Part shown: positions 15,502 through 27,338 of the stretch, in pieces
Layout of the letters: each line of letters begins with the position of its first letter
Position numbering within the stretch: position 1 is the first letter of the stretch
NCBI GenBank assembly: GCA_002189035.1
Contig: NEEC01000023.1
Span: 372,001 to 436,000 of the forward strand
Direction: 5' to 3'
DNA length: 64,000 bases
DNA from: Utricularia gibba
Lineage: Eukaryota > Plantae > Magnoliophyta
Made by a program: the position numbers and the translations under genes
Notes under the pieces: generated by a model
Told to the model about the DNA's origin: nothing
The model's database searches: none
The model's input: the letters and a program-made list of their open reading frames with translations, nothing else

Positions 15502-16497
15502 ATGGCGGAATTCTCATTTTCCGGTGCCAAGTTCTCCGTTTTCGTGCTCTGGTTCATTCTCGCTACCGCCTCCGCGAACTTCTACAACGACGCGGAGATC
15601 ACTTGGGGCGACGGTCGTGCCAGGATTTTGGATTCCGGCAACACGCTCACTCTGTCGCTGGACAGGAACTCCGGCTCCGGATTCCAGTCCCGGAATCAGT
15701 ACTTGTTCGGAAGATTCGATATGCAACTTAGGCTCATCCCCGGGAACTCCGCCGGAACCGTCACCACTTTCTACGTAAGATCACGCTGTGTTGCTGATAG
15801 AAAGCATTCTCCTCACTGAAATGAAAATTTTTCTCTCTATCTTCTTTGCAGTTGACTTCTCTGGGAGCAAACCACGACGAAATCGACTTCGAGTTCCTCG
15901 GAAACTCCTCCGGCAATCCCTACACCGTTCACACAAACGTCTTCGCGCAGGGGAGAGGCGACAGGGAGCAGCAGTTCCGTCTCTGGTTCGACCCCACCGC
16001 CGACTTCCACACCTACTCCATCGTCTGGAACCCGCAACGCATAATGTAAGTTCCGATCGGAGAATCTCCCCACAGCAGCAGTTTCGTCACTGTAGTAATG
16101 TGAAAAACTTTCCGGTTACAGATTCTTAGTGGATGAAACGCCGATCAGAGTATTCAACAACCGGCAGGCAAACGGCGTCCCGTTTCCAAGCACTCAGGCG
16201 ATGAGAGTTCACTGCAGCCTGTGGAACGCCGACGACTGGGCGACGCAGGGGGGCCGTGTGAAGACAGATTGGAGCTTAGCTCCGTTCGTGGCCACCTACC
16301 GGAACTTCAACATCAACGGTTGCCTTCCGGGGCAATGCAGCTCGGATTCTTTCAGAAATGGAGCATGGCAGACGCAGGGGCTGGATGCTCGGGGAAGGAA
16401 TAGACTGAGATGGGTGCAGCAGCGCGCCATGATCTACAACTACTGCACAGATTTCAACAGGTTTCCGAGAGGAATACCAGCTGAATGCAGCCAGTGA
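15502..16497 (+). CDS. XTH: Xyloglucan endotransglucosylase/hydrolase (GH16, group I/II), 3 exons
   Basis: Signal peptide, [11 protein letters not shown], catalytic [24 protein letters not shown] and [17 protein letters not shown] box lies near 15428. Confidence 0.95.
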
Positions 16498-16833
16498 TTC
16501 TGATTCTGCAAATTGTTCCCTTTCTTGAATCCATTCGTTATTCATTTACATTACAAGTGAAAAATGCATCCCTTTTGTGTCTCCCATTGCCAGTAAAGAA
16601 AAGTTGCAGCAAAGAATAGGAAAGAAAACCAACTGATCAACTTCTAGATTCATCTTCCATGGAGAAATGAAGCTCCATGGAAAACCAGAAAACTGATAGA
16701 GGCATAAGTTAAGTTCCATATGAAGAAAACTTTAAAAACATCACCACCCACAAGTTCAGATTCACTCCGGACCGATAGCTTCGTTCCCCCCAACAATCCC
16801 TTTGTCAAACTAAACCTCAAATCAAGAACCCCG

Positions 16834-17134
16834 TCATTTAAATGCACTCATTAACTGGAGCCAAGTTTCCCAGATTCTCCCATGCCTGAAACAAGCCCAG
16901 AAACAGTGAAGAGACTAAAAATGGTTTTTTTTTTTTTTTTGTTTGAAGTTTACCATTTGCGAAATAAGTTTTGAGATTCTTTTCTGGGATTCAAAAGAAA
17001 TCATACTCATTTTTTCAACAAAAAGAGAGAAACCCAAAGGTAAAAGCTTGGGGTTTCAGGAAAAAAAAAAAAACTCACCTTTCTGGGAGAGAAGCAGCCC
17101 AGCTGCGATAAACTTGAAGAGGGTAATACGCCAT
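16834..17134 (-). other. Candidate spliced small ORF (35 aa) or lncRNA
   Basis: TATATATAAA near 17300, ATG at 17134, donor AG|GTGAGT at 17079, acceptor TTTCAG at 16886, stop at 16834. No homolog recognised. Confidence 0.35.
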
Positions 17135-18368
17135 GGAAGCGAAAGAAGAGAGGAAGTGTTCAGTCAAAGCGTTCTTGAATCGGCGCGGTTCAAAAAATAA
17201 AGCAAAATATGAATCTGCGATAGCAGAAGGCAAAAGGAACGTATAGGAAAACGTTCTGAAGTGTAGTGGGGACTGGGAGCAGTAAGACACCGAAGCTTTA
17301 TATATAAATATTTCTCCAATTGCGCCACGCCACAAAAACACTTTAAGAACAGTTTCCCTTCTCTTGTTTTCCAGCACGAAACTCGAGAAAGATGATGGTA
17401 ATGGGAGTAAACTGTGAAGTAAAAAATCAAAATGCATTGTCTACCTTCACCCCATGAAGGGTCAAAAACTGTAACTGCAGTAAAAATCTTTAATCCTTTT
17501 GTCATTGATAAGTAGACCCCTGCTGCTGCACCACCGCAGCTAGCGGTTTTAATTGTCTGTCATAACACAAGCAACGTTCTTTCTGGGGTCTTGGTTTTGG
17601 ACCTCTGTTTCCCAGTTACCCCTCCCCATTGTTAATTCGCTTTCTGGCTCAGATCTGGGACCAATTTGCAGACTACATTCTTCAGTGTTTCTTTACTGGC
17701 TGTAAATTCTCCCCTTTCAATGGCTCAAAAATACTGTTGATCAGATGGGGCAATGTGGATTGAAGAAAAAAAGTTCCTGCAAACATGTTAATGCAGTTGG
17801 TAGTTCCTAGAAGCAGACAAGAGTTAATAACTGGTAAGAATGGATTGATCACACAAGAATTGTAGACCTGGACCGGTCTACCTTCTCAAACTCCTGCACA
17901 ATTACAGTAGTGGGAGCACATCGAAGTTGATGAAAAGAATATGTATATTAGCTTCATCCACAAAACGATAATGCATTTGGTTCCCTTAGAGTCAGACACA
18001 GAAGCTCATAAATTGCTTCACCGGCCTCCAGAGTTTCAAGATGAAAACCAGTTACAGTAAATGATTTCGGTAAGTTCCCAGTGACATTCCTTCACCAGTT
18101 CATTGATGTCTGATTGAAGCAAAGGTTCACTTTGCTCCCCTAATTCAACTCTTCAACATCACAATTGTTGGATTAAACTACTGAAATTACTGAGAGCAAG
18201 GATTAACCGATTGAATTGTTCTGCAGCTTTAACCAATCTCCATCTCCTGCTCCAAGCTTGACAGACATACATATGGTAACAGGATTTGAAGTCAAAGACG
18301 AATTCTAGGAACATTAAAGCAGAAAGCTTAAAAGGTAACTCCATGGTTCTTCTGCACCATTAGACTCC

Positions 18369-20249
18369 TTAAATTTGCAGGGCATCAGCTATTGATCCTG
18401 CCAGGCTCAATACTTCGAAAGGCGATTTCCCACTAATAGCTTCAACTGTTTTGGGGCAAGAATCGGTGATCCAGAAGTGGGTAAACGCCTCAACGGAATC
18501 TTGCAAAAACAATGCGGAATATCAGCAGTTCGGGAAGGAAACGTTGAGGATCAGCGATGATTGAGGGTGACATACCTTCAGCCTTGTGAAGAAACCGTTC
18601 CCACGACCTCTTGGGGAATACACCATGAGTCACGTAGGCGCTCACTTTGGCTGCTCCATGAGCAGCCAAAACTTTCTGAAAAAAGACAAAGGAACATAGC
18701 AGGGGTGGGTGAGTCTCTTTTAGGCGCACTGTGATCTGTGATTCCACATATTGTTCAAAGTGCTGGAGAAAAGAGGCAACAGTGGGAACCTGGCATTCAA
18801 TCAAAGTGCCGCCAGACTGAACCAAGTCATCGACAATGACTACGTGATAACCAGCAGGATCACCCTCCTTTATTCTTACGATTCTTTTGTCACCTTCACG
18901 GACCTTGTTGCATATGACCTAAAGCCAAAATACATGTCAAAAGTGCAATAAGCCTGAAGTAACCAATAACACGAACAAACCATGGGGAAGTGATCCAGCA
19001 GCTTATGAAACCTTTTCCAAGCTCCATCGTCTGGAAATGCAACAACTACCTGCAAAACAGATATGTTAAGGATGACGCAAGGACACAATATCTTCACAAT
19101 AAACTCTATTCTAAAGCATAAAATCAGCAACTAACCTTGTCTGAGTTGGGAAGTCGCTGAAGCCGTTCCTTTAGGAGTGGGATCCCACTTTCAAAGACGG
19201 GCAATGTTTTTTCGCCAAAGTAGAATCTTTCCTGTTATAAGATGGGCACACGAAAAAAGGTGTTGGATTCGCATGCCTTTCTAATAAAGCTCAAGCATAT
19301 TCACAACACTAAAGTTCAAGCACAAAAAGAAACAGCAGATGAGTTTTCCGAGATCCATCTAATCCCTTATGAGCCTTTGGTTAAAGAAAGAGTGAGACCT
19401 GCAACGCATGGATATCATAGATAACCAAACTCGTAGGGCCACCTCTAGAAATAGGAATGTTGGATAACATTCTAGCCAAGGTAAATGCTGTGGCAACATC
19501 ACCCTCCTCCTCAATCCGTTCGAACGATCCAGTAGGAAAGAAAGGTAACACTACTGTAAAAGAGGCAGCAAAGAGCATCGGCAACGCATATATGACTGAA
19601 AGCTGTTCAAATATGACAGCCGGTGAGCTGAGAGAAGCTAAGAAGGCGACATGCTGGCCCCGAATATCATGTGCGTTGTTGATGAAAATATTCGGAAACC
19701 CATCATCAAAACTCCTGCAATAACCCAGAGCATCATTCCATATCCAGTTAACACTGTTATCTTGATAAAATCATCAATGAAACGGCACTTAGAAAACAAG
19801 AAGACAAACAAAATCGAGTCTTTATAAAGTAATCCCAGTTCCCAGACAGGTGCATCCTCAACTATGACTCAAAAATCATCTACACGGCCAACTCTTCGAG
19901 TAAAGTGAACACCTTTAGAAACCCAATGAAATGATGGAACCACAATCTTCACAAAGCCGCAAAATCATCTACACAGTCACCTCTTCGAGTAAAGTGAACA
20001 CCTTTAGAAACCCAATGAATAATGGAACCAGAATCTTCACAAAGCCAGAAGTTTTTGCAACCAATGTGTACCAAAAAAATCCCCACAATTACTGCGTCAT
20101 CTTAAATAGGGGAGAGGATTAATTTACCTCCAGTTAACGGATTGGAGTTGAATGAGGTCTGAATGAGCAGCAACATTGCGAGCCAATTCCTCTGCCTCCT
20201 CGCAGAAAAAAAGATGCACCCGCTTCATAACCCTTCTCTCCATATCCAT
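18369..20249 (-). CDS. PRS4: Ribose-phosphate pyrophosphokinase, class II (phosphate-independent), PRS4 type
   Basis: [88 protein letters not shown] and ADALQI*. The start codon is approximate. Confidence 0.92.
19872..20048 (+). repeat. Near-identical 89-bp tandem duplication in PRS4 intron 1
   Basis: aaaatcatctacac...ctcttcgagtaaagtgaacacctttagaaacccaatga...aatcttcacaaagcc occurs at 19872 and 19961. Confidence 0.9.
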
Positions 20250-20598
20250 CTTTCTGATATCACCCCCGCTAGCCGCCAAGGAAACCCCCGGAACCTTCAC
20301 CTGCTTTTCACCGCCCGGTGGGGTGCATCCATTAGCTTCGAAGGTTGATATGGACTGCAGATTTGATTCCAGATATTTCTGAAATTTTCATTTTTTAAAA
20401 AGACCGCTTTTTTGGGAATCGAATATAATGAAAATCTGCACACAACCTGCCGGATTTGATTCCGGTTCATTGGCAGTCATTGTATTCAAATTTCATTTTT
20501 CTAGTTAATTAATCACCAAAAATGTGTTACACTTTTTGGCACCCACTTTCACCAAGTAGCTGAACAACTGAAACCGAGGAACGGGGGCGGCGAATGCT

Positions 20599-21964
20599 TC
20601 AAGCTTGTACTTTTGTTGTTTCTCCAAACGCTGCAATTCTTCGTTTGAAGAGGAAAAAGAAAGAGCAGGAAGTTGCACATCAAGTGAGACTATATACGAT
20701 GGACGCACGAAGAATGTATTTAAAGGAAGGTAAGATCTTTCTTTACCTCTTTCTCAGGTGAAGAATGCTCTGAAGAATTTCTGTTGCAATTAATGTATCC
20801 GGGCAGCCTTGATTCTCTCTGTTTTCCATAATTATGCTTGAGGGCTTTCCGAGATATGCAACGACTTCTTCTTCCATTTTCTTAAGCTGTTGATCCAAAT
20901 GCTCAATGAAGTCTGTGTATGGTGAGAGCTCGGTTAGAGGCTCACCATCATTAGATGTATCTGATTCCTGATCGTCTGTGAAGATTATATCCGCTTGATG
21001 CACCTGCGTATCATCATCAGAACAGCTTGGATCCCTGTCAGTGGGAGAAATTATTCGAACTGGGCTAGGAGCTTCTGCATCGCTGACATCAAGTTCCAAT
21101 GCCATATTCTGAATCAGGAGGCCTTCCTTCATGGATATAGCCTGGAATGTTAGACCAGGTTTCAGATAAAGAACAGAACTAGTACCGCCAACCAAGAATG
21201 TAACTGAAACGTGCTGCATTCATCTCCATATAACACCAAATCTCTACCTCATTGAGTTTTGTGGAAAGCTCATCAAGGGTTTCGATGCGACTCTTGAGCT
21301 TCTCCATGACTTGCATCACCTTTCTCTTTTGAAATAAGGCTTCCCTTGCGTCATTCTCCTTTCCTTTTCTAACACTATATGCGGCCTGCCTTCTGAGTTT
21401 CTCCACAGCTTCCGACAATCGCATGAACCTCAACCGTGAACTGTTGGCTAGACAAAACATCACTTAAAATGGCCATTGGTTCCATGATCATGGAATATAT
21501 CACGAATATGGGCATCCGGGAGAAATCTACAATTAGCAAGTTCCCATTCCACATACCCAATCAGTGAAAGATTTACCTCAAAAAAATTATGCGGATACCA
21601 CAAGAATACATACAAGTAAACAAAAACAATTCCAAAGACCACATTTTTGCAGAAATCAGTGGCTTTAATTGTCATCCAAGAACCAAAATCAGTGAAATAA
21701 CTAGAGCAAATCTGTTGGCAACTCAGTTTCCGCCCGTTCGAAGTCCAGACTACGACATATACACGATTTTTCTCGAAGAATAACAAAATTGAATGCAACT
21801 TCAAAAAACCTACCCTTCGCTCTTGCGGCGACCTCCTCCTCGAGGAGACCATCAAGTTGCTGACGGAGCTCCTCCGCCACTTCAGACGGAGAAGGAGCGC
21901 ACAGAGCTTTCAATCGAGAAAATGGCCGGCATTGAACCAAACCTGCGCCAGAGATCATCAACAT
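20599..21964 (-). CDS. Uncharacterised plastid-targeted coiled-coil protein (At1g06510-like), 4 exons
   Basis: Transit-like N-terminus, then ELRQQLDGL...AKANSSRLRFMRLSEAVEKLRRQAA...KLNE|AISMKEGLLIQN, joined at canonical sites. Confidence 0.7.
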
Positions 21965-23014
21965 CGTCCGTCCACGAGCATTCCAACTTCACGATACGCG
22001 GTTCTGCAAGATATTTTGCAGAGATGAAATTTGGGCTGTCAACCAGGGGCCTAATTGATGAGCTACAATATGGGCTAGACCCAAAACCAGAAAAGCCCTA
22101 AGCGTTGGCCTGATAAAGAGTATCTCACACAAGAGAAAAAACTTGTGTTTCCTACGTCTGTTCATACATTCAAATATTGCATGTATTTGGATGAAAATAT
22201 TGTTCAAAATATTATTAAAAATAATTTACTAAAATAAGACTGAAAAACTATAATTAAAAAAAATCTTAGAATAAAATTATGCTTCACACATATTTTGATT
22301 TTCAAAATGAAAAATTAATAATTTTGCAAACGATATCGATCATTATATATATATATATTATCTTTAAATCATGATGACAATACAAGTGTGAACTTGATTG
22401 TGTATGTTTTGTATATATTTTCAAACTTGAAATATTCTGTAACGTTTGTTGGGATTTTATCGAAAAAAATTGTTGTGAAATAAATTTAATACTTCCAAAG
22501 TGAAAATAGTACTAAGGGTCTCTGGATATCTATTCGCTTGAGATGTTAACTGAGTGCTCCCGGTTTTTGAAGTTGTTATGGAATTCGATGCATTAGTGCT
22601 TGTTTGACCGCACCAGAGTGGTGTTGCACGCACCACACCACTACAGCATTTGCAGACTCACTTGCCATCCTCATTTCCCATTCTCTGCAGGAAGATTCAA
22701 AGTAGGGTGCTTCCATGGGATTCATGAAGTTGTGAAATCAAGCAAAATATTGTTTAATATAAGTTGATTCAGATCAAACTCGAGTAAAAAATATATAACT
22801 CGATTTATATTCGTTTCAAATGAGTCAACTCATAATCCGTGGTCAAGACTACAAACAAGTGTAATTGAAATAGATATGCTTGAGGAGAATGAATAGCATT
22901 ATCTACTGTACAAGAAGAGAACTACACAGATGGATGGTTTTCATTTCACTTTGTTCTTGCTGTAAATGTACTGCACTTGGAATGCTGAAGGTCTTTAACC
23001 TCCTGTCTTGCATC

Positions 23015-25007
23015 TCAAGTTCTGTCAGTTAAGTCACAGCCATGGCTATCTTCTTGCTTACTGCTCTCCGCCGTCGACTCCACGTCCATGCTTCGGCTTT
23101 TCCGACTCCAGCGGTTCTGCAATTGAGAACCATGGAGAGTGAGTTTAGTTACCAGTTCCATGTTCTTGGGGAAGACTGAAGAGCGTTCAGTTGGATGAGC
23201 TAACCTCACGATATGGGAATTCATCAGTTTCGAGCATTCTGACAACATGACTCATTTTGGGTCGCTTGTCTGAGTCAGGATCAACACACTTGAGTGCCAC
23301 CAGAAGCGCACGCTTCAAGGCTCGTGTGGAGGGACGGAGATGGATGTTCCGGTCGATCACCTCTTCCGTTCTCCGGCTAGCTACCATCGTTTTCAGCCAC
23401 TCCACCAGATGAACCTGACAAAGTTCAGATTGTGTCTCATGATGCATGCTAAAGGGTTACTTCTCCATTGCAAAGAATATGAGCTCTAAGAATCGGGGCC
23501 CTTTTCAGATTGTATGGAAACGCACCTCATTTGCAGGGCGTCCGTAGTCGACAGGGTCCCTTCCGGTGATGGCTTCTAGCAGAAGAACTCCAAAGCTGTA
23601 TACGTCGCTCTTTTCGTTCAACAAGCCAGTGTTTGCGTATTCCGGAGCCACATAACTTGGCTCGAAAACAAGCAAGCAAATGAGCAAAAACACATCTGCC
23701 ACAACATGATATTGCAAGCTACAGAATGCATACCCAAAAGTGCCCATGACTCTCGTTGTTATGTGACTCTGATGGGATTCCAGAAGCTTAGCCAGACCAA
23801 AGTCAGAAACTTTGGCGTTGAAGTCTTGATCGATCAAGATGTTGCTGGATTTGATGTCACGGTGCACAACTTTAGGCTCTATGGCTTCATGCAAGTAAGC
23901 GAGTCTGAAATGAGAAGAAGAAGATGATGATGATACAGCACGCATTGTTCAGATTTCAAAAGATGAGGCAGCGTGTGCTTACGCCTTTGCAGTACCAAGA
24001 AGAATCTTGATGCGGGCTTCCCATGGGAATGTGCCATTGCTCCCCAAAAAACCATGAATCCACTGCTCAAGATTGCCATTGTTCACATATTCATAAACAA
24101 GCAGCCTGACAGCATTTTCGACAAAAGTGAGGCTTCAAGCCATTCTTAATAACAGGAAGTTTCATGAGAAAGGTGTAAACTGTAACCTATGAACTCCCTC
24201 AATGCAATATCCTAGAAGGCGTACGAGGTTCTTGTGTCGAACATGACCAATAGCTTCTACTTCACCTCTGAATTCTTTCTCTGCTTGACCTCTGCATTGA
24301 AAATTCAATCAAACAAGGATACCATCCATCCAGAAGGCAAAAGGTGAGGGAGGCTACTCACAGGTTATTAAGAATCTTCTTTACAGCAACCTCTGAACCA
24401 TTAACCAGTTTTCCGCGATAAACAATACCATAGCCACCTTCACCAATGACATTGTGTTCTGAGAAACGGTTAGTTGCGATTTCAAGGTCTCTCAGAGTGA
24501 ACCAGTGGCCCCATCCCAGATGGGACATTTCCGGCAGACCAACTAAAGGCGAAGGCATCACAATCCCGTAAGAGTTCAATGACCGGCTTCGAACATCGCC
24601 TGAGCTACCTTCCTCACCTGACTGAGAGCTGTAAGCCCTCTCATGGCGAAACAATGAACTGCACTGGCTAATATCATCAACATCGCTTGATCTACTCCTC
24701 GCCAACTGGGGTAGAAAGTTGCCTGAGTTTTCTTCAGTTGGCTTATCACTGATGCTCAAGTATACAGTGTCTAGTCCATTGTTTCTGCTACTATCCCCAA
24801 CTCTATCCACTTGGATCTCCTTTGAAACACTCGGGGTTTGGTGAAGAGAAGTGTCCAATGTTTTCCGGTTTCTCTGCCGGGACACAATCCACACTGATAA
24901 AATGGCGAGGATGAGAACTGTGAATGCCACGACGCCCAGGCAAAGAAGGACCCATAACTTCACACCATCATATTTCTGTAACAATGCACTGCTCACACTT
25001 GAAGACA
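23015..25007 (-). CDS. Receptor-like Ser/Thr kinase, RLCK-V family, 7 exons
   Basis: N-terminal [53 protein letters not shown] and DVYSFGV. Confidence 0.93.
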
Positions 25008-26612
25008 TTTTCTGAAACTGGGGCTGCAAACGCACCACTCAGTTCTTAGATCGTGAAAAAGCATTAATCCTGAAACAAAAGACATAATATAGTATCAGTA
25101 AACAGCAGAGAGCGGAGAAGGTATATGCAGAAACTATATATAACTACCGCAAGCAAGAAATGCATATTAAGCAATTCCAACTAAACCTTATGAACCACAA
25201 AACAGAAGAAAAAATTGTGGATCCGGCTAAAAGATAAAAACTTCACCTTTGTAATGGTTCTGTAACTCAACCCCTCGATCTTCTTCTCTGATAAACCAAA
25301 TTGGAAAAGAAAGGACAGCCTTTTGTCTCCACAGAGGCCCAGAGAGCATAGAGAGGCCAATGCAGATTCAAGAAAATCAATAACCCAGCCACACTATAAC
25401 CAGAAGTGGGGAAATAAAGAGAAAAAAGACAGCACAGAAGAAAGTCAGCAGGGGAAAGATGACTGCTTTAGAAGCACATTGCGTTCCAGAGGGTCATTGA
25501 AAATTTAAAGAAAAGTGACCGATAAACAATACCCAATATCGCAAATTCTTCAAACAGCCCTCCAGATAAAAACCCAATCTTTAAAGTTTGGAATGCTTGG
25601 AACTCTAAAAAACAAGTTAATAATGCTTTTCTTGCGAAGTCAAGATCTCCCGAGTCCAGAAAAGAAAAACAGAGCTAAACTGAGTAAAACTGTAGTTTTT
25701 TAATAATTAAAGATGAAAGATGCGCATCAACAAAGATGGAAAAGGAACCTTCAGCTTCAATGGAGGAAACCAGAATTGACAAGGCAATGTGTGAAACAGT
25801 AAAAGAAACACAAGAATACGTTCCCGTGGCAGCATTTATTGCAGAGGTGGGAAGATAAATTGGGAACAATGAAATTATATAAACCAGGATAAGGTTCCAG
25901 AAGCACAGAGGCACAACTTTCATCCAAAATTTACGTGCTTTGGAGCGCAGAACCCTTCAAAATGCCATCTTTTCAGCTGAAAGACGGTTTCTTTGACCGT
26001 TGGGCACAAGGATCTGAAAAGCTCGACATTCAAGAAATTTTGTATTTCTCAAAGCTTGTACCTTTATTCCACATCACCCCAATCCATCATATTTTCTCCA
26101 GTTTTTGAAGAATGAAATTTTAGGGAATTATTAATCATCTTAAATAGATTCTCAAGGGCATTATCGTCAACCACTCAAAAAAAAACCACCCACACCAACT
26201 ACCAACGGGAAGTGGAAGCAGACTCCATGACGTGGATGGTTGACTAAACAACAAAAACAAGCAACGTTCACAAGGGGTACAATGGTCAATAGCCAATTCA
26301 CCCGTTGGTGTATCGAATAACCAACATTTTCAATCATTCCCGAAAAGGCCCCTCCAGATTAGCTCTGCTTATTTTATTATTTAACTAATCACATCTAATC
26401 CCTTCGTATAATTCATAATTATTGACCCTTAATCCAATAATTACCTCTACTTTATCCGCTCACCTAAGCCTTTTAATTAAGCACATATTTTTTCAGTTTA
26501 TTAAAAATAATATTCTTGTCTTCATTTCAAAATTTTGAATGTCAAATATTTAGTAAATGATTTTGGATGATGTGTGTATATCATTAAATATAAAGACAAT
26601 TAGAAATATCTA

Positions 26613-26851
26613 GGGTAGATTTGGTTAGATGAAAGAGAATAATTGCGTTTAATTTTATTTGGGATAAAAAAAATACGTTGTAATGGAATGGAAAAAAATT
26701 CAATTCTCCTTTAGGGTCATTTTTATACTTTGTTGTATAATTTCAATAGATTGTTTTTTTACTGCACATAATTTAACTAAGCCACCAAACATATGAATAA
26801 TATTTAGTTTCTTACCAAAACTCTCCATATCAATCCAACCAAACACGTCCC
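26613..26851. mobile_element. Decayed Tourist (PIF/Harbinger)-like MITE, about 240 bp
   Basis: Left end TAGGGTAGATTTGGTT and right end AACCAAACACGTCCCTAG form degenerate inverted termini, with flanking TAG/TA and an AT-rich interior. Confidence 0.4.
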
Positions 26852-27338
26852 TAGGGCACAAAATATAAGTGAGATTCATAAAGCATTGAATGGATGAAGT
26901 TTTTATTCATACGAGTTTACATTATTAAATATATTCATATAGCAATTAATAGTTCATAAATTATATTTTCTCTAGTAATTCCGATGATGAATATTTGACT
27001 CATTTGAACATTTGGCATTTATCCAATTTCATATAACTCAGACTGTAATATATGAGAATAACTTCATAGTTTTTTTTATAGCTTTTGGTGAATTAGGTTT
27101 ATTTAGGGTTTTAGGGTATAAAACACAGTTTGACTGATGTTGTAAATATGTGACCTTGTAGAAGAAATCTGACCTTTCTATTTTTGCTTCGGTCTTTCAC
27201 TGCAGTAAATTCCATTGTGATAATCTCACTCGTTTTCGAAAAAAGAAGAAAAAAATTTCAAAAATCTGAATTTTTCTTATATAGGAAAATAATAATGTTA
27301 ATAGTTGAAATGAAATAACTTGAAAGAAAGCCTGTGCC

